A DNA stretch of 39,770 bases from NCBI GenBank assembly GCA_020052735.1, contig JAGVON010000046.1:1-39770 (forward strand), in the 5' to 3' direction. The notes under the pieces were generated by a model that did no database searches, was not told where the DNA came from, and saw only the letters and a list, made by a program, of their open reading frames with translations. The position numbers and the translations under genes were made by a program. Below are positions 17,437-25,284 of this stretch, one piece after another; positions within the stretch are counted from its first letter, which is position 1; every line of letters starts with the position of its first letter. Source of the stretch: an archaeon (GTDB lineage Archaea > Micrarchaeota > Micrarchaeia > Anstonellales > Bilamarchaeaceae).

Positions 17437-19301
17437 TCCATGAGCAGTTCCGCCAGCCGGGACATCGCCCTGGAATCCAGATATGGGTCTATCTCGTCCC
17501 TAGCATACTTATCCAAAAACTTCCTGAACCCGCTTTCCTTCAGCCCCAGCCAGTATTTCGCCTCTTTTTTCAGCCCATCGTAGTCGTGGGCGACGAAATG
17601 CGGGAACCTGTTGAAATAGTAACCGGGCCCGGTGTGCCTGCCACCGGAATCGTAGTACATGCCCCTTTTCCCGGCGCCCAGCGCCTCGGCGGTGGTGGAG
17701 GGGTATGCGGCGGATATCGTCAAATAGGATGCTGCTATGACTTCTGGCGCGGATATGCCGCCCTTGTCGTAACGGTAGAAAAAGAGGCATCGTTCGTGCG
17801 CCTGCAGCTTGTCGTAGATGCGCCTTATGGCCGGAGGCGTGAGGTTCCGCTCCTTTGCGGATTTGAAGATGACCCCTATTTCGGGCATCTCGTCCAGCAG
17901 GCGCAGGATGCCTTCCGCGAACCGCACCCCGTCTTCTATCTTTACGGGGCCCGCGTCATCAAAGGTCGTATCAAACACGGCAATGATCTTTTTCGGCATT
18001 TTCCTTTCGCGCAGAAGGGAGAATATGGGCGACTTCAGCTCGCCGCCCTCAATTTCCTTGGCGACCTGGGAAAACATCACGCCCACCTTTTCGTAATTCT
18101 TTATGAAGTTCCTGTGCTTCCTGAACCACCTCTCCACCGCGTCCCCGTGGAGCACCGCGTTGTCAAAATGCATGAACGTGAAAAGCGTCTGGTTCTGCTT
18201 CTCCGGCGGCCACGCGAGGTGGTAATCGTACGTGGTGTTGTCAGGGAAGACGAACCACGTCTTCACGCCGTGCTGCGAGAGGATGTGCGTCTTCGCGATG
18301 TTGTCTGGCAGGAGCCGTCTTACGTAATTGCGGATGCCGTAATTTTCCAGGAATATGTTCCACGCCATGTAATTGAGCAGGATGGAGCGGTTGGTTTCTG
18401 TGACCAGCGGCTCCTCCCAGAGGGAGAAAAAGGATGCCTTTGCCCAGGCGGGCAGGATGCTCAAGAGGAGGCCCAACGGCACCCGGCACCTGCCGTCGTA
18501 GACGCTCGCGGCATGGAGCCCCTTTTCGGATTCCAGCCGCCTGCTGTCCTTCTGCCACGGGGTTATGAAAAGGGTGTCCTCTTTGCCCAGCTTGCCCTTG
18601 CCAACGAAAACGTCGTTGCCGAAATAATTCATGAGGAAGGTGTTCTCCGGGTGGTCGTCCATTATGCCGACCGCGTACTGTTCCCTTCCGCCCTTCTTCC
18701 CCAGGCCTATTTTCCTGAACAGGAGGTAAAATGGCGCGGCGAGCATGAGCGACCTCTTTATCCGGGATGCGATGCGCCCGGCCCTCCTGGTGAGCGAATC
18801 GCGGATGGCGACTTCCACTCCCTTGGGAAGAAGCGTCATGCCGGAGGTGTGGATGTATGCGTCGCCTGAGGGGAAGAAAACCGCCTTGGATGCGCCATAC
18901 TCCCCCATAACCAATTTCACCTTCAGCTCTATGCAATGCCTTTCCTCCAGTGCGGAAAGCATCCTGTATTTGTACATGTCTGTTATGGCCGGGAAACCGA
19001 GCAGGCGCGCCATCACACGGATTGAGGGGCTGGAGGAATAGCGCTTCGCGAAAACGCGGTCCACGCCCTGCAGCGCCTGGCATGCGGCCTCGCGGTAAAG
19101 TTCGTATGCGAACACGCGCTGGGAAAGGTCCACGAGCGAGCCGGAGGAAATCCATTTTTCAATCTCCCTCCGCTTCCCGCTGGGAAGGGATATCCTGAAT
19201 GCGTAGGCCCGTGAGCCGGCCTTCATTGATTCCACGGCTATCGGGTATGTGCCTTCGTCCAGGCCCTCAAAAAACGCCGGTCTTTTGGCCATGCCGCGCA
19301 T
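17433..19301 (-). CDS. Large uncharacterised protein, putative GT-B-like transferase (orphan 1)
   Basis: 622 aa. 'ILSQHGV' lies mid-protein and 'ISAAYPSTTAEALGAG' near the C-terminus. ATG at 19292 is an alternative start with better spacing from a GGGGG tract. There is no family I can name with certainty. Confidence 0.4.
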   Translation of the reverse strand: MRGMAKRPAFFEGLDEGTYPIAVESMKAGSRAYAFRISLPSGKRREIEKWISSGSLVDLSQRVFAYELYREAACQALQGVDRVFAKRYSSSPSIRVMARLLGFPAITDMYKYRMLSALEERHCIELKVKLVMGEYGASKAVFFPSGDAYIHTSGMTLLPKGVEVAIRDSLTRRAGRIASRIKRSLMLAAPFYLLFRKIGLGKKGGREQYAVGIMDDHPENTFLMNYFGNDVFVGKGKLGKEDTLFITPWQKDSRRLESEKGLHAASVYDGRCRVPLGLLLSILPAWAKASFFSLWEEPLVTETNRSILLNYMAWNIFLENYGIRNYVRRLLPDNIAKTHILSQHGVKTWFVFPDNTTYDYHLAWPPEKQNQTLFTFMHFDNAVLHGDAVERWFRKHRNFIKNYEKVGVMFSQVAKEIEGGELKSPIFSLLRERKMPKKIIAVFDTTFDDAGPVKIEDGVRFAEGILRLLDEMPEIGVIFKSAKERNLTPPAIRRIYDKLQAHERCLFFYRYDKGGISAPEVIAASYLTISAAYPSTTAEALGAGKRGMYYDSGGRHTGPGYYFNRFPHFVAHDYDGLKKEAKYWLGLKESGFRKFLDKYARDEIDPYLDSRAMSRLAELLME

Positions 19302-19307
19302 TGCCCC

Positions 19308-21191
19308 CTACTCCGCCGTCATCATGAACGTCAGCAGCCTGAAGTTGAGCTGGGATTTCCTCTCCTCCCCCTTGCCCTTGAAATAATTGATGTACGCCTT
19401 TACGGCGTCCGTGTTGAAGTATCCCGCGGGGAAGAATTCCTCGCACTTGCTGTCGCCGCATTTGTCTATGAGGTTCCTGGCGAGCGGGGAGTGCATGACG
19501 AACTCATACGGCATCCTGTTCAGGTCTGCCGCGGAGTAGGCGTGCGGTATGGTTGAGCCAATCACGTCAAGCGGATACCTGATGGTGCCGTCCGCGAGCC
19601 CCTCGCGTATGAGCCGCTTGAGAGGGTATTTAACGTTGTTTATCTCCAGCCCCCTGCCCCACTTCTCGGGCATGCGCATGAAGAACTTCACCAGGTTGTA
19701 GTCCATGTACGGAAGGCGCATGTTCCGCATGCTCTCGGTCACCTTCCGGATATTTGTCGGGCTCTGCCAGTGGAAATCAACGTACATCCTCAGCAGCCAG
19801 TAATAGGCCGTTTCGGGCTTCATCCCTTTTATCGTATCGTCGAAATATTCGGTCCGCAGCCATTTCTTGAAATCCGCCATTTTTCCGTCCTCTATGAAAT
19901 TTGACTTCTCAAGCTTCGCGAAGGGCAGCCTGCCCGGCGCGTACATGAATGAGAAGAGGTACTCAAACACCCGGTCCTCCACCGGAAGCTTGTCCGCGTC
20001 AATGAACTCCAGCTCCTTGCGGTAGTCCCGGAATATCCTGAACACGAGGTCGTCCTTGTACGTGCCGTCCAGCACCTTCCTGAAGAAGGTGGGGCCGTAC
20101 ATGTAGCACAGCATCTTGTCCGAATACTCGCCGAACCCCTTGTTCTCGTGCGGTATGCTGGCGAACTGCGCGAACCCGAGGTTCATGATTGAGTCGCAGG
20201 CCTCGCCGTTGAACACCACGGCGCCCTCGCCGTATTTGTCCTTTATGTGCCTGGCCATCTTGAACTGGATGAACGAAAAGGGCGCATAGATCCCCTGTTC
20301 AAGCAGCTTCCCCCTTATGTCGCTTTCCCAGAAACCCACGAGGCCCTTGTCCCCGAAATGGACCTTGACCACGTCCAGCTGGACGCCGAAATAATCGGCA
20401 ATCTTTTTTGTCTTCGCTATCTCGTATGGGTTGTAATTGACGCCGTCCGGGAGGATGAGCTCTGCGACCACGCCCTTGACCTTGGCAGTGCCAAAATGCT
20501 TTGTGAGCACGGAGACCATGAACGAGGAGTCCCAGCCGCCGCTCATCTGGACGATGTTCATCTCGTCCGAGGCGCGCGAGACGATTGCGTTCTCCACGAG
20601 CTCCCCGAACGCCTTCAGGTCCGCGTCGGAATAATCCTCTATCTTCAGCGGCTCCTCTTCGTATTTCACGATGCCCCACCTGCCGGGGGCCAGCTCCAGG
20701 GCCTCGTTGTACCTCAGGCGGAATACGTTGCTGAACAGCGTGTGTTTTTTGGGGATGTAGAGGTACAGCGCACTCGCCATCGCCTCGTGGTTGTAGCCCT
20801 TTGATTTTTTCCGCAGGTTTTTCAGGTCGGTGGATGCGGTGACCGTGCCCGCGTCCTCGCAATAGTATATTTCCTTCCTCTTCAGCTTGTCGCTGAAAAC
20901 CGTTATCTTGCTGTTTTTCCTGTCCACATGGATGCCGGCATAGTCGCCCTCAACCGACTCTATGAATGGCTGCAGGCCGCCCTCCGAGAATGCGCGGGAG
21001 AGCTGCTCCCCAAACTTCCCGGCCTCAAGCTTCACGGGCTTGCCTTCCTTCATCTGGTAGTAGAAGCTCCCCTCAAGGTAAAGGTCCCCGCCCTCAACAG
21101 GGATTTTGAGCGTGCCCGGAGCGGCCGTGACGGAGTATGCCTTGTCAAACTCATTGTTTTTTTCAAACACTAATTCCATATGAAACACCAT
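19308..21191 (-). CDS. Asparagine-synthetase-B-like PP-loop amidoligase without an N-terminal Cys nucleophile
   Basis: 627 aa. PP-loop 'QMSGGWDSS'. The N-terminus 'MVFHMELVF' has no Cys2. Confidence 0.75.
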   Translation of the reverse strand: MVFHMELVFEKNNEFDKAYSVTAAPGTLKIPVEGGDLYLEGSFYYQMKEGKPVKLEAGKFGEQLSRAFSEGGLQPFIESVEGDYAGIHVDRKNSKITVFSDKLKRKEIYYCEDAGTVTASTDLKNLRKKSKGYNHEAMASALYLYIPKKHTLFSNVFRLRYNEALELAPGRWGIVKYEEEPLKIEDYSDADLKAFGELVENAIVSRASDEMNIVQMSGGWDSSFMVSVLTKHFGTAKVKGVVAELILPDGVNYNPYEIAKTKKIADYFGVQLDVVKVHFGDKGLVGFWESDIRGKLLEQGIYAPFSFIQFKMARHIKDKYGEGAVVFNGEACDSIMNLGFAQFASIPHENKGFGEYSDKMLCYMYGPTFFRKVLDGTYKDDLVFRIFRDYRKELEFIDADKLPVEDRVFEYLFSFMYAPGRLPFAKLEKSNFIEDGKMADFKKWLRTEYFDDTIKGMKPETAYYWLLRMYVDFHWQSPTNIRKVTESMRNMRLPYMDYNLVKFFMRMPEKWGRGLEINNVKYPLKRLIREGLADGTIRYPLDVIGSTIPHAYSAADLNRMPYEFVMHSPLARNLIDKCGDSKCEEFFPAGYFNTDAVKAYINYFKGKGEERKSQLNFRLLTFMMTAE

Positions 21192-21218
21192 CGGCTTATT
21201 GATGGAATAGTTGGGGGC

Positions 21219-21230
21219 AAATAATTATAA
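21219..21230 (-). promoter_or_regulatory. TATA-box-like element upstream of the AsnB-like gene
   Basis: 'aaataattataa' is centred about 34 nt from the ATG at 21191. Confidence 0.3.
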
Positions 21231-21254
21231 GGTGTGCGCCGGGCGCAGGCCTGG

Positions 21255-22211
21255 CTATTCCCCTGCAAACCCGTGGAACGCCCCGAGGAGGAACTGGCGC
21301 GCGGAGTTCATTGAAAGGAGCACGGACGGGTTGCCGCTGAGGCGCTCTATGGTTGCGAGCTTGAGCCGCTGCCCGTGGCTGAGCCCGAGCTTCCTTGCGG
21401 CTTCTGCCGCCTTCCGCATCTCCCCTTTCTCGCCTATGATTGCGGCGGCGAAAGCGGCGGCGATGAGGTGCTCCTTGGGCGCCACCCCGCGAGCCGCGAG
21501 CCGCGAATGGATGATGAAGTAATCCTTGTAGACCAGGTTCGCGTTCCGCGTGAGGTTGGTGGAATGCATGCGGTAGTCCGCGAGTGCTTCTGGCATGTAA
21601 TGGAACTTGTGCCTCTTGCAGAGCTCTATGTAGAACCACCAGTCCGGCGCATACCTCAGCTCCGGGTCAAAGCCGGGGCATGTGGAGAGGCATCCCTTCC
21701 TGAGCAGGATTGTGGACATGCAGCAGATGTTCTTCCTGGTTATGATGCCGGAGATGTCGTGCGCGGCCATCTCCGCGGGGGTGAGGCGGTAGAGGCGGCG
21801 GATGCTTTTGCCGGTTTTTTTGCCGCCCTCGCCCATTATGGAGGCATCGGAATGTACCACATCGCAGTCCGGGTGGGCTTCCAGCGCGGCTAGCTGCCTG
21901 CTGATTTTTTCCGGGTGCCAGATGTCGTCGGAGCAGGTGAGGGCGACGTAATCCCCGGAGCAGCGGGCAAGGCCCTTGTTCATGGGCTTGGTGAAACAGC
22001 CCTCGTTCTTCTTGTTGTATATGGCGACAACGCGGCTGTCTTTCTTCTCAAAACTGCGGATTATTTCCGCGGTTGAGTCGGTGGAGCGGTCGTCCACCAC
22101 GATGAGCTCAATGCCCCTGTGCGCCTGCGCCAGAACCGAAGAGATGGCTGCGCCCACGTATTTCTCGTGGTTGTAGCAGGGCATAACTACGCTGACTTTT
22201 TTGTCCATCAT
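21255..22211 (-). CDS. GT2 glycosyltransferase
   Basis: 'VSVVMPCYNHEKYV', 'LIVVDDRSTDST' and 'CSDDIWHP'. Confidence 0.85.
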   Translation of the reverse strand: MMDKKVSVVMPCYNHEKYVGAAISSVLAQAHRGIELIVVDDRSTDSTAEIIRSFEKKDSRVVAIYNKKNEGCFTKPMNKGLARCSGDYVALTCSDDIWHPEKISRQLAALEAHPDCDVVHSDASIMGEGGKKTGKSIRRLYRLTPAEMAAHDISGIITRKNICCMSTILLRKGCLSTCPGFDPELRYAPDWWFYIELCKRHKFHYMPEALADYRMHSTNLTRNANLVYKDYFIIHSRLAARGVAPKEHLIAAAFAAAIIGEKGEMRKAAEAARKLGLSHGQRLKLATIERLSGNPSVLLSMNSARQFLLGAFHGFAGE

Positions 22212-22296
22212 GCCACCAGTTTTTGAACGGCGCGGTTGCGAATAGGTTTGGCCATGCCGGATTGCCTGGCCCGATGGGCAATAAGGAAATAACTCA

Positions 22297-22304
22297 TTTA
22301 ATTA
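22297..22304 (+). promoter_or_regulatory. TATA-box-like element, leaderless-type spacing
   Basis: 'tttaatta' is centred about 25 nt upstream of the ATG at 22326. No SD-like sequence lies between them. Confidence 0.4.
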
Positions 22305-22325
22305 CTTTTGGTTCATTATAATGCC

Positions 22326-23243
22326 ATGCATATCCTTATCACGGGCTCAAGCGGAACCATCGGCACCCGCCTGTTTGAGGCGCTGCTCCAGAAGGGGTAC
22401 GAAGTGACCGGGATAGACCGCAGGCCGAACAAGTGGAACCCATCGCTGAACGCGAGGACGCGGCTGGTGGACATGCTGGACAAGGGCGCGCTCTCCAGGG
22501 TTGCGGGGGATTTTGACATGCTTATCCACCTGGCGGCGAACGCGCGGGTGTACGACCTGGTAAAAATGCCGGAGCTCGCGCTGGAAAACACCGTCACCGC
22601 GTTCAACGCGCTGGAGTTCGCGAGGGCGCGGGGCATAAAGAAGCTGATGTTCTCCTCTTCCCGCGAAACGTACGGCAACATCAAGGATGGCGGGGCAATC
22701 GCCGAGGACGCGGTGCGGATAGAGCGCTGCGAAAGCGCGTACGCGGCGAGCAAGCTGTCCGGGGAGGCGTATTTCCATTCCTACGCCGTCTGCTACGGGA
22801 TGCAGAACCTGATATTGCGCTTCTCCAACGTATATGGGATGTACGACGATTCCGACCGCGTCATACCGCTCTGGATACGCCAGCTCAAGAGGAACGAGGA
22901 CATCACGGTGTTCGGGAAGGAGAAGACTCTGGACTTCACCCACATAGACGATTGCGTCGGCGGGGTGGTGCAGGCTGTTGAAAAGTTCGGCGCTGTGGCG
23001 GGCAACACGCTCAACATGGCGTACGGGGAGGACGTGACGCTGCTGCATGTGGCGGAACGCCTGCAAAAGCTGCTGGGCGCGAAATCAAAACTTATTGTGA
23101 AGGGGAACCGCACGGGCGAGGTGTGGAAGTTCCGGGCAGACATAAGCCGGGCAAAAAAGCTGCTGGGGTATTCACCCAAGGTTTCCATAGACGAGGGGCT
23201 GGCCAGGGCCGTGGCCTGGTACGGGGAGCACCTGCGCGAGTGA
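22326..23243 (+). CDS. NAD-dependent nucleotide-sugar epimerase/dehydratase (extended SDR)
   Basis: 'MHILITGSSGTIGTRL' and 'YAASKLSGE'. ATG at 22326 is preferred over the tracked TTG at 22308. Confidence 0.8.
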   Translation: MHILITGSSGTIGTRLFEALLQKGYEVTGIDRRPNKWNPSLNARTRLVDMLDKGALSRVAGDFDMLIHLAANARVYDLVKMPELALENTVTAFNALEFARARGIKKLMFSSSRETYGNIKDGGAIAEDAVRIERCESAYAASKLSGEAYFHSYAVCYGMQNLILRFSNVYGMYDDSDRVIPLWIRQLKRNEDITVFGKEKTLDFTHIDDCVGGVVQAVEKFGAVAGNTLNMAYGEDVTLLHVAERLQKLLGAKSKLIVKGNRTGEVWKFRADISRAKKLLGYSPKVSIDEGLARAVAWYGEHLRE

Positions 23244-23247
23244 AACG

Positions 23248-24552
23248 ATGGGCATCACGGTCATAGGCAGTGGATACGTGGGCGCGGTTACCGCGGCGGG
23301 ATTTTCGCAGCTGGGGCACAATGTGGTTTGCGTTGATGTGGATGAGGCGCGCGTGCGCTCCATCAACGGAGGCAAGGCACCCATTTATGAGCCGGGGCTG
23401 GATGGGGCGCTTGCCCTTGCGGTAAGGGAAAAGAAGCTGCGGGCGACCTCGGATTTGGCGGGCGCGCTCAAAACAAGCGGCGTGGCATTCATCTGCGTGG
23501 GGACGCCCCCCATGGCGGACGGCTCCACTGACCTGCGGTTCGTAAGGGAAGTGGCGCAAGGGATTGCGGATGCGCTTAGGCAGCGGGATTCGTACCTGCT
23601 CATTGTCGTGAAGAGCACCGTGCCGCCCGGCACCACGGAATCCCTCATTCCGCTGCTGGAGGAAAAGAGCGGGAAGAGGCACGGGAAGGATTTCGGAATC
23701 GCGATGAACCCGGAGTTCCTGCGCGAGGGGAGGGCGCTGGAGGATTTCCTCCGCCCGGACCGGATAGTGCTTGGAACGGCGGACGCGAAGGGGCTGGGGC
23801 TGCTGCAGGAACTGTATGCGCAGTTCCAATGCCCGAAGGTTGCGTGCAACCTGCGCACCGCGGAGATGGTAAAATACGCGAGCAATGCGTTCCTCGCGAC
23901 GAAGATATCGTTCATCAATGAGATTGCGAACCTGTGCGACCGGCTGGGGATAGATGCATATGCGGTTGCGGAAGGGATGGGCCATGACAGGAGGATAGGG
24001 CGGGCATTCCTGGACGCGGGCATAGGGTACGGCGGCTCGTGCTTCCCTAAAGACGTGAAATCGCTCGTCGCCACAGCGAAGAGGGAGGGCAGCGGGATGA
24101 GGATACTGCCCGCGGTGGTTGAGACGAACGAAAGCCAGCCACTGCGCATCGTGGGGCTTGCGGAAAAATGCCTGGGCGGGCTGGAGGGCAGGCGAATTGC
24201 GGTGCTCGGGCTCGCCTTCAAGCCGGACAGCGACGATGTGAGGGAGGCTCCGGCATTGAAAATCATAGCGGCATTGCTGAAGAAGGGCGCGAAGGTGGTG
24301 GCATACGACCCGAAGGCGATGGAAAATGCGAGGGCGCGGCTTGGGGATGGAGTCGCCTACGCATCTTCGGCGCGCGGGGCGCTGGAGGGGGCGGAGGCGT
24401 GCCTGCTGCTCACAGAATGGGAGGAATTTAAGAATTTGCAGGGGAAGGATTTCAATGCGATGAAAAGGAAGCTGGCCATAGAGGGCAGGCGGTGCCTTGA
24501 CCGCGGCCGGCTTGAAGGGGTGGAATACCACGGGATAGGGCGGGGGATATGA
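23248..24552 (+). CDS. ugd: UDP-glucose / nucleotide-sugar 6-dehydrogenase
   Basis: 'ITVIGSGYVGAVTAAGF' and the catalytic-Cys motif 'GYGGSCFPKDV'. 434 aa. Confidence 0.85.
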   Translation: MGITVIGSGYVGAVTAAGFSQLGHNVVCVDVDEARVRSINGGKAPIYEPGLDGALALAVREKKLRATSDLAGALKTSGVAFICVGTPPMADGSTDLRFVREVAQGIADALRQRDSYLLIVVKSTVPPGTTESLIPLLEEKSGKRHGKDFGIAMNPEFLREGRALEDFLRPDRIVLGTADAKGLGLLQELYAQFQCPKVACNLRTAEMVKYASNAFLATKISFINEIANLCDRLGIDAYAVAEGMGHDRRIGRAFLDAGIGYGGSCFPKDVKSLVATAKREGSGMRILPAVVETNESQPLRIVGLAEKCLGGLEGRRIAVLGLAFKPDSDDVREAPALKIIAALLKKGAKVVAYDPKAMENARARLGDGVAYASSARGALEGAEACLLLTEWEEFKNLQGKDFNAMKRKLAIEGRRCLDRGRLEGVEYHGIGRGI

Positions 24553-25277
24553 AAGGCATAATACTTGCGGGCGGGAAGGGGACGCGGCTGCGGCCGCTTA
24601 CTTATGCGATACCCAAGCCCCTGCTGCCCGTGGGCGGGAAGGCCGTCATTGATTACGCAATCGCCAACCTCAAGACGTGTAGGGAGATAGACCGCATTTA
24701 CCTGGGGGTATCGCACATGCAGGAAGTTATGGAAAACTACTTCGCGCATGTGGATTATGGGATGCCGATAGAGCTGGTCCCGACCCTGGCGTGGGAGACG
24801 GGCGGGGACCTGAAAACAATCGTGAATGAAAAGGGGCTGCACGAGGCGGTGGCGGTCGCATACGGCGACCTGGTCGCCCAGCTGGACATGCAGAAGATGC
24901 TTGACTTCCACAGGAAATGCGGGCGGCTGGCGACGGTGGCGCTGTTTGAGGTCCCGCAGAGCGACGTGCAGCGCTTCGGCATCGCGGAGGTGGATGGCGA
25001 CATGGTTAAGCGTTTCGTGGAAAAGCCGAAGCCCGGCGCCACAAAATCCCGCCTGGCGAACGCGGGATACTACATCCTTGAGCCGGGGGCGCTGGACCAG
25101 CTGGGATTTGAGAAGGCAAAGGTGGAGGAGCGCCTTTTCCCGGCCCTGGCGTCGCAGGGGCAGCTGTCGGCATATGTGGTGAAGATGCCATATTGGCTGG
25201 ACATTGGGACCGTGGACGCATACCGCAAGGCGAACCGCATGGTTGAGGGCGTGCTTGCGCCGAATTCAACGGTGTGA
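24549..25277 (+). CDS. Sugar-1-phosphate nucleotidyltransferase
   Basis: 'MKGIILAGGKGTRLRPLT'. ATGA overlap with ugd. Confidence 0.8.
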   Translation: MKGIILAGGKGTRLRPLTYAIPKPLLPVGGKAVIDYAIANLKTCREIDRIYLGVSHMQEVMENYFAHVDYGMPIELVPTLAWETGGDLKTIVNEKGLHEAVAVAYGDLVAQLDMQKMLDFHRKCGRLATVALFEVPQSDVQRFGIAEVDGDMVKRFVEKPKPGATKSRLANAGYYILEPGALDQLGFEKAKVEERLFPALASQGQLSAYVVKMPYWLDIGTVDAYRKANRMVEGVLAPNSTV

Positions 25278-25284
25278 TTGGGGG

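Noticed and set aside
17586-18869. 427-aa plus-strand ORF
   Set aside because: It is antisense to the 622-aa orphan. Its composition is biased (R, G, P, V, H runs). It does not fit the minus-strand operon, in which the orphan is ATGA-coupled to the flippase.
21235-21247. 13-nt palindrome tgcgcc-g-ggcgca, 8 nt downstream of the GT2 stop
   Set aside because: The loop is too small for a real hairpin and no T-run follows. It could equally arise by chance in GC-rich DNA. Not called as a terminator.
23092-24531. 479-aa minus-strand ORF
   Set aside because: It lies entirely antisense to ugd, which has unmistakable family motifs (GSGYVG, GGSCFPKD). Its translation is Arg/Pro/His-rich and low in complexity, typical of a stop-poor shadow frame in GC-rich DNA.
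25204-25284. N-terminal extensions proposed by the ORF track (also 1721-1795, 5323-5373, 12061-12075, 22308-22325, 32709-32804)
   Set aside because: The extensions overlap upstream genes or use TTG. Their peptides are Arg/Trp-rich nonsense. Internal ATGs sit right after, or ATGA-overlap, the upstream stop and begin canonical family N-termini.
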